Assembly: GCA_965197645.1 (NCBI GenBank)
Contig: OZ240219.1
Coordinates: 1,728,001 to 1,792,000, forward strand
Reading direction: 5' to 3'
DNA length: 64,000 bases
Source: Dehalococcoidia bacterium
GTDB lineage: Bacteria; Chloroflexota; Dehalococcoidia; Plut-88900
Part shown: positions 17,107-27,095 of the stretch, piece by piece
Layout: every line of letters starts with the position of its first letter
Numbering within the stretch: position 1 is the first letter of the stretch
Notes under the pieces: model-generated
The model's input: the letters and a program-made list of their open reading frames with translations, nothing else
Told to the model about the DNA's origin: nothing
Database searches by the model: none
Program-made: the position numbers and the translations under genes

Positions 17107-17974
17107 GGCGCCTCCACTCCGATGTTGATGACCGCCCTCTGACTATGGCATCGGTCATGCGGCAAACCCTGACCATCTGCCGGACATCATGGACGCGGAC
17201 GATGTCCGCTCCGTTGGCTATCGAAAGGGCCACCACCGCTGCCGTGCCCTCGACACGCTGATCCACAGGCAGATCCAGCACCCGGCCTACCATCGACTTT
17301 CTGGATGGACCCACCATAAGCGCGGGAGCGATTCCGACGATCTCGGACAACCGGTGGACCACTTCCAGGTTGTGCTCCATAGTCTTGCCGAAGCCCAGGC
17401 CGGGATCCACTATGACCCTCTCTATTCCAATCCCGTGTTGAACGGCTGTCCGAACGCTTTCCTCCAGCCAGAACCTGACCTCCGAGATCATGTCCGAATA
17501 GTTGGTGCCCTGCTGATTGTGCATCAGGACCACCGGCACGCCTGACTTGGCGACGAGGCTAGCCATGTTGGGGTCGTGCCGGAGGGCCCACTGATCGTTG
17601 ATCATGGATGCGCCGGAGTCCAGGGCTGCCTTGGCTACTTCCGAAGAGAAGGTGTCCACACTGATGGGCAGAGCAGTCTCGTGAGCGATGCGGTCGATGG
17701 CCGGAACGACCCGCTTCAACTCCTCTGCCGGAGCTACCGGTGTGTGGCCCGGGCGAGTGGAGTGGCCGCCAACGTCCAGTATGTCGGCGCCGTCCTCTTC
17801 GAACCGCTTTGCCTGATCAGCGATGGCGTTCAGGTCGCCGCCAAGCCCATCACCCGAGAAGGAATCGGGAGAGACGTTGATGATCCCCATGACGTGGGTC
17901 CGGGACCCCCATCTAAACTCGCGGCCCGGACAAAGGGTTACCGGCCTATCGTCTATTTGAGGGCTGGTGCTCAT
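17096..17974 (-). CDS. folP: Dihydropteroate synthase
   Basis: MGIINVSPDSFSGDG, STRPG, DPGLGFGK, SRKS, RVHDV. Confidence 0.95.
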   Translation of the reverse strand: MSTSPQIDDRPVTLCPGREFRWGSRTHVMGIINVSPDSFSGDGLGGDLNAIADQAKRFEEDGADILDVGGHSTRPGHTPVAPAEELKRVVPAIDRIAHETALPISVDTFSSEVAKAALDSGASMINDQWALRHDPNMASLVAKSGVPVVLMHNQQGTNYSDMISEVRFWLEESVRTAVQHGIGIERVIVDPGLGFGKTMEHNLEVVHRLSEIVGIAPALMVGPSRKSMVGRVLDLPVDQRVEGTAAVVALSIANGADIVRVHDVRQMVRVCRMTDAIVRGRSSTSEWRRHGT

Positions 17975-18047
17975 TTCCGGTTGGTGAAAGAGGGCTGGCA
18001 GGCAAAGTCATTGTAGCACAAAGGGAGCTAACAGCTTCGGGAACTAG

Positions 18048-18076
18048 TTGTAAGGGTGGGGATTATCTGATAGCAT
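18048..18076 (+). promoter_or_regulatory. sigma70-like promoter TTGTAA-N17-TAGCAT (with TG extension); divergent TGcTACAAT for folP at 18010-18018
   Basis: Hexamers and 17-nt spacing read directly from the sequence. Confidence 0.5.
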
Positions 18077-18151
18077 TACCCAGGTAGCCCATCCGCCCCG
18101 GTCCATGACCGAAAACCCTTCGGAAATTCTGACGCTTACACATAAGTGGGG

Positions 18152-19702
<1,551 letters not shown>

Positions 19703-19879
19703 CATGGAATCGCTTCCAAAATGGCACAGAGCGGCGAATCGGATCGGCGAGGGTTAGGCAAGTGGCGTGGAGAAGAGCCCAGCCGGGAGCCCGAGAGAGG
19801 TGCGAGAGAGTGGAGAGGAATGGGTTGGCGCTCGGAATCCGGAGGAGCCGTGTCAGAGGAGGCCCGAAAACGAGTCGCC

Positions 19880-22147
19880 ATGTCAGATAGACCCGCTGTA
19901 AAGATAACTGACGTAACCTTGAGAGACGGCCACCAGTCGATCCTCGCTACGCGCATGCGCACCGAGGATATGGTCCCTATAGCCGATCAGATCGACAAGA
20001 TGGGCTTCTACTCGGTGGAGATGTGGGGTGGCGCCACCTTCGACGTGGCACACCGGTTCCTGAACGAGGACCCATGGGAGCGGGTGCGGACTCTGAAAAG
20101 GCTGATGCCCAATACCCCGTTCCAGATGCTGCTTCGAGGCCAGAACCTCGTTGGCTACCGGCACTACGCCGACGATGTTGTGAATGCCTTCATCAAGCAG
20201 GCGGCAGCGGTAGGGATTGATATCTTCCGGGTGTTCGATGCTCTAAACGACGAGCGAAACATGGAGTCCAGCTTTGCCGCCATAAAAGAGGCGGGTAAGC
20301 ACGTGCAGGGCACAGTATGCTACTCGCTGACCGAGGAGAGGTTGGGCGGGCCGGTCTTCACCCTGGACTACTATGTTGGCAAGGCCGTGAAGCTGGCGGA
20401 GATGGGGGCCGATAGTCTCTGCATCAAGGACATGAGCGGCCTCATCGGCCCTTACGATGCCTACGATCTGGTCAAAGCCCTCAAAGAGAAGATCAGCATA
20501 CCCATCCAGCTCCACACGCACTACACCAGCGGGATGGCGGCCATGAGCGGCCTCAAGGCCATCGAGGCCGGGCTGGATATACTGGACACGTCGATGGCGC
20601 CCTTTGCCCTTCGATCGTCTCATCCCTCCATTGAAACGATGTCGGCGGCGCTGAAAGACTCTCCCCAGGACCCGCGGCTGGACGTGCGCCGGGCTACCCA
20701 GGTAGGACAACACCTGGAGACGATCTTCCCCAAGTACCGAGACTACCTGGATACGAGTCGGGTGTCGGTGGTCGATACCCAGGTGCTGCGGCACCAGGTG
20801 CCCGGCGGCATGATAAGCAACCTGGCCTCCCAGCTCAGAGAGGCGGACGCCCTCGACAAGCTGGGCCAGGTCCACGAGGAGCTGGTCCAGGTCAGAAAAG
20901 ACCTGGGGTACCCGCCGTTGGTTACGCCCACCAGCCAGATGGTCGGTTCGCAGGCGGTGCAAAACGTGCTGTTCGGGCGGTACAAAGCTATCTCCGGCCA
21001 GGTGAAGGACTATCTGTTCGGGCTGTATGGACGTCCCCCTGCGGAAGTAAATCAAGACCTGTTGAAAGAAGCCCTCAAAGACTATCCCAGGGGCCAGACA
21101 CCAATAACCTCCAGGCCGGCCGACATGCTGGAAGACGAGATGAAGAAGGCCGAGGCGGAAACTAAAGACATAGCCGACGGCGTCGAGGATACGCTGGTCT
21201 ACGTTCTCTTCCCAACCACCGGGATGAGATATCTCAACTGGAAAGCCGGTAAGGAGAAACCTCCGTCTGAGGTCCAGGCTCGGACCTTGGAAGAGGTCAA
21301 GAAAGAAGACGATCTGGTCAAGAATGCCAGGGCGGGCAAGTTGGAAGCCGTAGCTTCCCGGACCGCCGGACCCCGGTCGTTCAACGTCCGGGTTGACGGC
21401 CGGCCGTACCAGGTGGATGTGGAGCCGCTGCCCGACGGCGAGGTCAAGGTGGAGCGGGTCGCACCCGCCGCACAACCCGCACCTGTGCCCAGTCGGCCTC
21501 CGGCCCCGCCGCCTACAACCTCCACAGCACAGCCTGTCCAGCCTCCGGCGCCATCGAGGCCTGCACCCTCGTCGAGGCCCAGCGCATCCCCAGCGGGTGA
21601 CAACGGAAGCATTGTGGCGCCGATGCCGGGCACGCTAATCCGATACGAGGTGGAGGTTGGACAGGAGGTCTCGGCGGGTGAGGTGGTGCTTATTATCGAG
21701 ACTATGAAGATGGAGAACGCGCTGAACGCACCCATCGATGGAAAGGTCACTTCGCTGCCTTGCCAACCCGGCCAGTCCGTGGCTAAAGATGCGGTGCTGG
21801 CGGTTGTGGAAGCGGTCGGCGCCCCCGTTGCTCCGGCGGAGGAAGTGGTGGAGGCCAAGCCGGAACCGGCGCCGCCTGCCCCTGAGCCCCAGCCTGTCGC
21901 GGCGGCTCCCGCCTCTGAGGCCCCGCCCTCGAACGACACCTCGATAAAATCGCCGATGCCCGGCACGCTTATCAGATACGAGGTGGAGGTTGGACAGGAA
22001 GTCACCGAGGGTCAGCCAGTGTTGATAATCGAGACTATGAAGATGGAGAACGCCCTGCCTTCGCCCGTGAACGGCAAGGTTGTATCGCTGCCTTGCCAGC
22101 CGGGACAGTCGGTTCCTAAAGACCATGTGCTGGCCGTTATCGGGTAG
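19880..22147 (+). CDS. Pyruvate/oxaloacetate carboxyltransferase (PycB/OadA/5S-like) with two C-terminal biotinyl domains
   Basis: DVTLRDGHQS, WGGATFD, IKDMSG, HTH, QVPGGM, LVTPTSQ; two ETMKM biotin sites behind Pro/Ala linkers. Start may be 19850 or 19721. Confidence 0.9.
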   Translation: MSDRPAVKITDVTLRDGHQSILATRMRTEDMVPIADQIDKMGFYSVEMWGGATFDVAHRFLNEDPWERVRTLKRLMPNTPFQMLLRGQNLVGYRHYADDVVNAFIKQAAAVGIDIFRVFDALNDERNMESSFAAIKEAGKHVQGTVCYSLTEERLGGPVFTLDYYVGKAVKLAEMGADSLCIKDMSGLIGPYDAYDLVKALKEKISIPIQLHTHYTSGMAAMSGLKAIEAGLDILDTSMAPFALRSSHPSIETMSAALKDSPQDPRLDVRRATQVGQHLETIFPKYRDYLDTSRVSVVDTQVLRHQVPGGMISNLASQLREADALDKLGQVHEELVQVRKDLGYPPLVTPTSQMVGSQAVQNVLFGRYKAISGQVKDYLFGLYGRPPAEVNQDLLKEALKDYPRGQTPITSRPADMLEDEMKKAEAETKDIADGVEDTLVYVLFPTTGMRYLNWKAGKEKPPSEVQARTLEEVKKEDDLVKNARAGKLEAVASRTAGPRSFNVRVDGRPYQVDVEPLPDGEVKVERVAPAAQPAPVPSRPPAPPPTTSTAQPVQPPAPSRPAPSSRPSASPAGDNGSIVAPMPGTLIRYEVEVGQEVSAGEVVLIIETMKMENALNAPIDGKVTSLPCQPGQSVAKDAVLAVVEAVGAPVAPAEEVVEAKPEPAPPAPEPQPVAAAPASEAPPSNDTSIKSPMPGTLIRYEVEVGQEVTEGQPVLIIETMKMENALPSPVNGKVVSLPCQPGQSVPKDHVLAVIG
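21618..22140 (+). repeat. Internal duplication of the biotinyl-domain coding sequence (period 333 bp)
   Basis: cgccgatgcc at 21618 and 21951; shared gatacgaggtggaggttggacagga and atcgagactatgaagatggagaacgc. Confidence 0.85.
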
Positions 22148-22219
22148 GACCTGGGGTTCGAAACTGCGATTGAAGAACGGCGAGAATAAAGAGAATTTGT
22201 CGAGGGGGAGGAACTCAAC

Positions 22220-23422
22220 GTGGTAGACATGCAGGCCATCAACGCCGCCAAAGAGCACTTTGGGACCGTTCTGGAACAGCAGCTTGCCCGGGTCGAGCGG
22301 ATTAAAGAGAGCGAGGAGGTCACGGACTACACCAAGCTGAATCCGGTCATTATCGGTATTCTGGGGGGCGATGGCATCGGGCCCTTCATCGCCGCCCACG
22401 CCCAGCGGGTCCTCGAGACGATGCTCGCGGAAGAGGTGCAATCGGGCAAAGTGGAGTTCCGCGTGCTTGAAGGCCTGACGATCGAGAACCGTGCCGAACA
22501 CTTGCAGGCCATCCCCGACGACGTGCTGGAGGACATCAAGAACTGCCACGTAACCCTCAAGGGGCCGACCACCACGCCAGAAAAGGGTGACGAATGGCCC
22601 AACATCGAAAGCTGCAACGTAGCCATGAGAAAAGAGCTGGACCTGTACGCCAACATCCGGCCGGTGCGCATTCCCAAAGAGGGGATTGACTGGACCTTTT
22701 TCCGTGAGAATACCGAGGACATCTACGCCGTTGGGAATCAGGGCGTTGGAGTAACCGACGATCTTGCCATCGACTTCCGGGTAATTAGCTCGCCGGGCGC
22801 CGAGAGAATCATCGACGCCGCCTTCCGGTACGCAAAGGACAACGGCAAGGATTCAGTGACGGTCGTTACCAAGGCCAATGTGGTGAAGACCACCGATGGG
22901 CTGTTCTTGGACATGGCCCGTAAGGTAGCGGAGAACTACCCGGACATCTCCTGGGAGGGCTGGTACATCGATATCATGACGGCTAAGCTGATCGACCCCA
23001 AGCGTCGGCAGAGCTTTCAGGTCATTGTGCTACCAAATCTCTACGGGGACATCCTCACCGACGAAGCCGCCGAAATGCAAGGCGGCGTTGGAACGGCCGG
23101 CAGCGCCAACGTGGGGAACAAGTACTCCATGTTCGAGGCTATCCACGGCAGCGCCCCCCGCATGGTCAAAACGGGCCGGGCCCAGTACGCTGACCCCAGC
23201 TCGATGATCCGGGCCGGCGCCATGCTTATGGAGCACATCGGATATCCGGAGCGGGGCCAGAAGCTGAACAAGGCCCTGGACATCTGCGGCCAGTACGAGC
23301 AGAAGGTGGTGCTGACGGGTAGGGACACCGGCGGGACGGGCGATGAGCTCGCCGACTACATCCTCGACACGGTCCAGGCCTCGGACATCGAGTCCCGGTG
23401 GGAGAGCTACGTACACGCCTAA
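22220..23422 (+). CDS. icd: Isocitrate dehydrogenase (isocitrate/isopropylmalate dehydrogenase family)
   Basis: GDGIGP, KGPTTTP, SCNVAMRKELDLYAN.RP, RENTEDIY, PNLYGDILTD, EAIHGSAP; adjacent to mdh. Confidence 0.8.
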   Translation: MVDMQAINAAKEHFGTVLEQQLARVERIKESEEVTDYTKLNPVIIGILGGDGIGPFIAAHAQRVLETMLAEEVQSGKVEFRVLEGLTIENRAEHLQAIPDDVLEDIKNCHVTLKGPTTTPEKGDEWPNIESCNVAMRKELDLYANIRPVRIPKEGIDWTFFRENTEDIYAVGNQGVGVTDDLAIDFRVISSPGAERIIDAAFRYAKDNGKDSVTVVTKANVVKTTDGLFLDMARKVAENYPDISWEGWYIDIMTAKLIDPKRRQSFQVIVLPNLYGDILTDEAAEMQGGVGTAGSANVGNKYSMFEAIHGSAPRMVKTGRAQYADPSSMIRAGAMLMEHIGYPERGQKLNKALDICGQYEQKVVLTGRDTGGTGDELADYILDTVQASDIESRWESYVHA

Positions 23423-23553
23423 GATGATTCGTTAGAGGCCCGGCGATACGAGGTGCTTTCCTCTCAGTGGAGACCGTTGCCGTATGACCCTGTGCCCTTC
23501 CCACTGAGATGGGGCTGAGTGAAGACAACCAAACCCGAGGGGGTATTATCGGA

Positions 23554-24495
23554 ATGAGAAAGAAGGTAACCATCGTAGGGGCCGGCATGGTCGGCTCCTC
23601 AAGCGCCCAGATGATCGCCGGGCGCGGGTATGCCGATATCGTCTTGATCGATGTAATCGAAGGGTTGCCGCAGGGAAAGGCGCTGGATCTGCTGGAAGCG
23701 GGGCCTGTCGTGGGCTATGACTCCCAGGTTATCGGCAGCAACGACTACGAAGACAGTACCGGTTCTGACATAGCGATTATCACCGCCGGCTTGCCAAGGA
23801 AACCCGGCATGAATCGAGACGATCTCTTGCTGACCAACATGAAAATAGTAACGGAGGTTACCGAGAACCTGGTGAAGCACTCTCCCAACTGCATCTTGAT
23901 GGTGGTGACCAATCCGTTGGATGCCATGGCCTATCTCGCATACAAGTTGAGCGGGTTTCCCCGCGAGCGGGTCGTAGGAATGGCGGGAGTGCTGGATACG
24001 GCCCGATTTAGGACCTTCTTGGCCCTAGAGCTGAATGTATCGGTTGCGGATGTATCGGCCTATGTGCTCGGCGGCCACGGCGATACCATGGTGCCGCTGG
24101 TCAGATACACCACCGTTGGAGGCGTTCCCATAGAGGAACTGATATCCCAGGACAGAATAGACGCCATAGTGCAGCGCACCAGGACCGGCGGCGCTGAGAT
24201 AGTGCGGCATCTGAAGACGGGGAGCGCCTTCTACGCTCCTGCCGCGGCGATAACCCAGATGGTGGACGCCATAGTCCTCGACAAAAACCAGGTGTTGCCC
24301 TGTGCCGTTTACCTTCAGGGCGAGTACGGCATCAACGACCTGTTCGTGGGGGCGCCGATCAAGCTGGGCGCTGGAGGCGTCAAGGAGATAATCGAGATAA
24401 AGCTCTCCAGCCAGGAGAAGGAGGCCCTAAACAACTCGGCAGAGGCCGTACGGGACCTGGTGGAGGTTATGAGGGCTAAGGAATCCGTAGCATAA
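23554..24495 (+). CDS. mdh: Malate dehydrogenase (LDH-like)
   Basis: [34 protein letters not shown]. Confidence 0.95.
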   Translation: MRKKVTIVGAGMVGSSSAQMIAGRGYADIVLIDVIEGLPQGKALDLLEAGPVVGYDSQVIGSNDYEDSTGSDIAIITAGLPRKPGMNRDDLLLTNMKIVTEVTENLVKHSPNCILMVVTNPLDAMAYLAYKLSGFPRERVVGMAGVLDTARFRTFLALELNVSVADVSAYVLGGHGDTMVPLVRYTTVGGVPIEELISQDRIDAIVQRTRTGGAEIVRHLKTGSAFYAPAAAITQMVDAIVLDKNQVLPCAVYLQGEYGINDLFVGAPIKLGAGGVKEIIEIKLSSQEKEALNNSAEAVRDLVEVMRAKESVA

Positions 24496-24516
24496 GCAGG
24501 TTACATATGCAGGTAG

Positions 24517-24553
24517 AAGGGACGGCCTCGATGTATCAAGACCGCCCCTTTTT
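24517..24553 (+). terminator. Imperfect intrinsic-terminator-like hairpin after mdh
   Basis: aagggacgg...ccgcccc followed by ttttt. Confidence 0.4.
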
Positions 24554-24641
24554 GTTTGGATTCGGAGACGTCGGAAGATATCCGTTGGTGGGATCGGCCG
24601 CCTACTGGTAAACTTACCAGACCCGTTCGAGGAGGTAGGAG

Positions 24642-25001
24642 ATGGTAAAGACCAAGGGGCTTACCCATCTGAACCTGTCGGTCAAGGACATTCACAAGTC
24701 GCTCAAGTTCTATCAGGAAGCCTTCGGGATGGAGGTGCAGTTCTGGGTGGAGGACAACATGGTGTTCCTGAACACCCCCGGCTGCAACGACACCTTCACG
24801 CTCCAGCAGGCCCAGGAAGGCGAACAGGTTGGACCGGGAGGCGGGTTCAGCCACTTCGGATTCCAGCTGGATGGAGACTTGGACCAGGCGATCAGCGAGG
24901 TACAAGCGGCCGGAGGGGAGCTGATGAACCGGGGAGAGCACGCACCGGGACAGCCCTACGCTTACTTCAAAGACTTCGATGGATACGTCATAGAAATCTA
25001 A
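24642..25001 (+). CDS. VOC/glyoxalase family protein
   Basis: LTHLNLSVKD..SLKFY, SHFGF, YFKDFDGYVIEI; GGAGG RBS. Confidence 0.88.
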   Translation: MVKTKGLTHLNLSVKDIHKSLKFYQEAFGMEVQFWVEDNMVFLNTPGCNDTFTLQQAQEGEQVGPGGGFSHFGFQLDGDLDQAISEVQAAGGELMNRGEHAPGQPYAYFKDFDGYVIEI

Positions 25002-25047
25002 GGGCCGCTGGATAACTCAGGTGCGCCCAATACGTTAACATCTATCT

Positions 25048-26079
25048 ATGAGGTTCCGGTGGGCGAATCTGCTCCTTCTCTTATTGTTGGCCTCCGAGTT
25101 GGTCACAGGGCTGCTCAGCTACACCTCGGGGTCTGCAGGGCAGAAGTACTTCGTAGACCTGCACGGCATCGGGGGCTGGGCGATAGTGGGGGTACTGGTC
25201 TGGAAGTACCAGAACATTCTCCCGGCCCTCAAATCAGACCGGAGGCTGACGGCATCCCGGTTGGCCTTTCTGTTGCTTCTAGCACTCCTTGTCGCGACGA
25301 TGGCGGCGGGCATCCTGTGGACCTTCACCAACCCGCCGAGGATACTGGGGATCAGTGTGATCACCTGGCACGTGATTCTGGGGGTGGGCCTCACGCCGTT
25401 CCTGCTCTGGCACCTGGTAGTGCGGCGTCGCGGGTTGCCCTCCCTGAGCTACACCGAGGGACGGCGCACCTTCCTCAGGTTTTCCGCCCTGGGTCTGGCG
25501 GGTCTGGCGCTGTGGAGGGTTACGGACGTGGTCAAAGGGCCGTTGGGCGTGGCCGGGGCCGCTCGGCGGCACACCGGCTCCTATGAGAGGGGAAGCTTCT
25601 CGGGTAATCAGTTCCCGGTAACGTCGTGGCTGTTCGATAACCCTGCTCCTGTAGACGTCTCCGCCTGGAAGTTGAGGGTGGACGGCGCCGTCGACCAACC
25701 GCTGGAGCTGACCTACGATCAGCTGGTCCAGGACGCCGAGATCACCGCCACCCTCGATTGCACCGGCGGTTGGTACTCGACCCAGGAATGGCAGGGCATA
25801 GCCGTGTCTCGACTGCTGACGAGAGCCAGACCGATGTCAGAAGCCGAAAGCGTTACCTTCTGGTCGACGACGGGGTACTACCGGCGGTACTCGTTGGCCG
25901 ATGCGCGAAGTTCGTTGCTGGCGACACACGTAGGCGGCGAAAAGCTGGCCCACTCCCACGGGTTCCCGTTGAGGTTGGTCGGGCCGGGCAAGCGAGGCTT
26001 CAACTGGGTCAAGTGGGTTCACCGGATTGAGGTAAACACCACCTCGAGCTGGCTCCAGCCGCCCCTTCCCCTGCAGTAG
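25048..26079 (+). CDS. Sulfite-oxidase-family molybdopterin oxidoreductase with N-terminal polytopic membrane domain
   Basis: Four hydrophobic helices with His residues, then GRRTFLR plus a helix, W.L.VDG.V..P, DCTGGW, HGFPLRLV, WVKWV..IEV. Confidence 0.82.
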   Translation: MRFRWANLLLLLLLASELVTGLLSYTSGSAGQKYFVDLHGIGGWAIVGVLVWKYQNILPALKSDRRLTASRLAFLLLLALLVATMAAGILWTFTNPPRILGISVITWHVILGVGLTPFLLWHLVVRRRGLPSLSYTEGRRTFLRFSALGLAGLALWRVTDVVKGPLGVAGAARRHTGSYERGSFSGNQFPVTSWLFDNPAPVDVSAWKLRVDGAVDQPLELTYDQLVQDAEITATLDCTGGWYSTQEWQGIAVSRLLTRARPMSEAESVTFWSTTGYYRRYSLADARSSLLATHVGGEKLAHSHGFPLRLVGPGKRGFNWVKWVHRIEVNTTSSWLQPPLPLQ

Positions 26080-26080
26080 G

Positions 26081-27013
26081 TTAGTCGCCGAAGGCGTCTT
26101 GGTAACGGGTGTTGAACTCCTCCGGGGTGAAGGAGTACTCCTGCGGGCCCTGCACCTCTATGGCGAAGGAGGCGCATACAGCACCCATCTGGGCCGCTTC
26201 GACCAGGCTCCTTCCCTCGACAAGCCCCTTGATAAGCCCACCCCGGTAGGCGTCTCCGGCGCCGGTGGGGTCGACCAGGGTGTCGGGGCGGGGTATGGGG
26301 GCGATCGGCAGGTCTTCGGCCTCGGTGGTTATCACCGATCCCTCCTCCCCTTTGGTGGTGATGATAGATCCCGTCAGGGCAAGCAGCTGGTCCTTGGACA
26401 GGCCGGTCTTGGTCTTGACCATCTCCAGCTCGTAGTCGTTGGAGATGAGGACTTGGGAGCCCTGGATGCACTCGGCCATTCGGTCGCCGTCCCAGATGGG
26501 TATCGATTGGCCGGGGTCGAAGATGAAGTTGGTGCCCTTGGACTGGTACACCCTGGAATAGGCCATCATGTCGTCCAGGTTGCCGGGCGCCACGATGCCT
26601 ATGCTGGCGACAGCGTCGGCGGACTCGAGGTCGAACTGGGAGGCGAGCTTCATGGCCCCCGCGTTGAATGCGGTAATCTGATTATCGGCCATGTCGGTGG
26701 TGATGTAGGCGCTGGCCGTGGCCTCCTCATCGATGATGCGGATGCTGTCCCGGGATATGTTGTGCTGATCCAGCCACTGGAAGTAGCGATCGTAGTCGTG
26801 GCCGATGGTGGCCATGATGGTGGGGTCCTCACCCATCAGCGATAGGGCATAGGCGATGTTGCCTGCCGTACCCCCCGGGCGTTCGGTGAGTCCGTTCACC
26901 GGGAAGCTGACGTTGATCATGTGCAGCTTGTCCGGCATCAGATGGTCGGAGAAGCGGCCGGGAAAGACCATGATACGGTCGTAGGCGATGGAACCCGATA
27001 CGTATATCTGCAT
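26081..27013 (-). CDS. PfkB-family kinase (adenosine/nucleoside kinase-like)
   Basis: GSIAYD, GGTAGNIAY, DPGQ, DPTGAGDAYRGG. Confidence 0.88.
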   Translation of the reverse strand: MQIYVSGSIAYDRIMVFPGRFSDHLMPDKLHMINVSFPVNGLTERPGGTAGNIAYALSLMGEDPTIMATIGHDYDRYFQWLDQHNISRDSIRIIDEEATASAYITTDMADNQITAFNAGAMKLASQFDLESADAVASIGIVAPGNLDDMMAYSRVYQSKGTNFIFDPGQSIPIWDGDRMAECIQGSQVLISNDYELEMVKTKTGLSKDQLLALTGSIITTKGEEGSVITTEAEDLPIAPIPRPDTLVDPTGAGDAYRGGLIKGLVEGRSLVEAAQMGAVCASFAIEVQGPQEYSFTPEEFNTRYQDAFGD

Positions 27014-27044
27014 GGCGGATCAGAAGGGCTGTTGCACCGCAGAG

Positions 27045-27073
27045 ATGGTACTTGCGCCGGTTGGAGGTGTCAA
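27045..27073 (-). promoter_or_regulatory. sigma70 promoter TTGACA-N17-TACCAT
   Basis: tgtcaa 27068-27073, atggta 27045-27050. Confidence 0.6.
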
Positions 27074-27095
27074 TACGAGTTTCACAGCCTGGAGG

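Noticed and set aside
21470-21600. Pro/Ala/Ser-rich low-complexity DNA
   Set aside because: Ordinary flexible linker before a biotinyl domain, not an independent repeat element.
20243-22549. Minus-strand ORFs of 410, 268 and 304 aa
   Set aside because: Antisense to the carboxyltransferase and idh; the apparent repeats merely mirror the biotinyl duplication.
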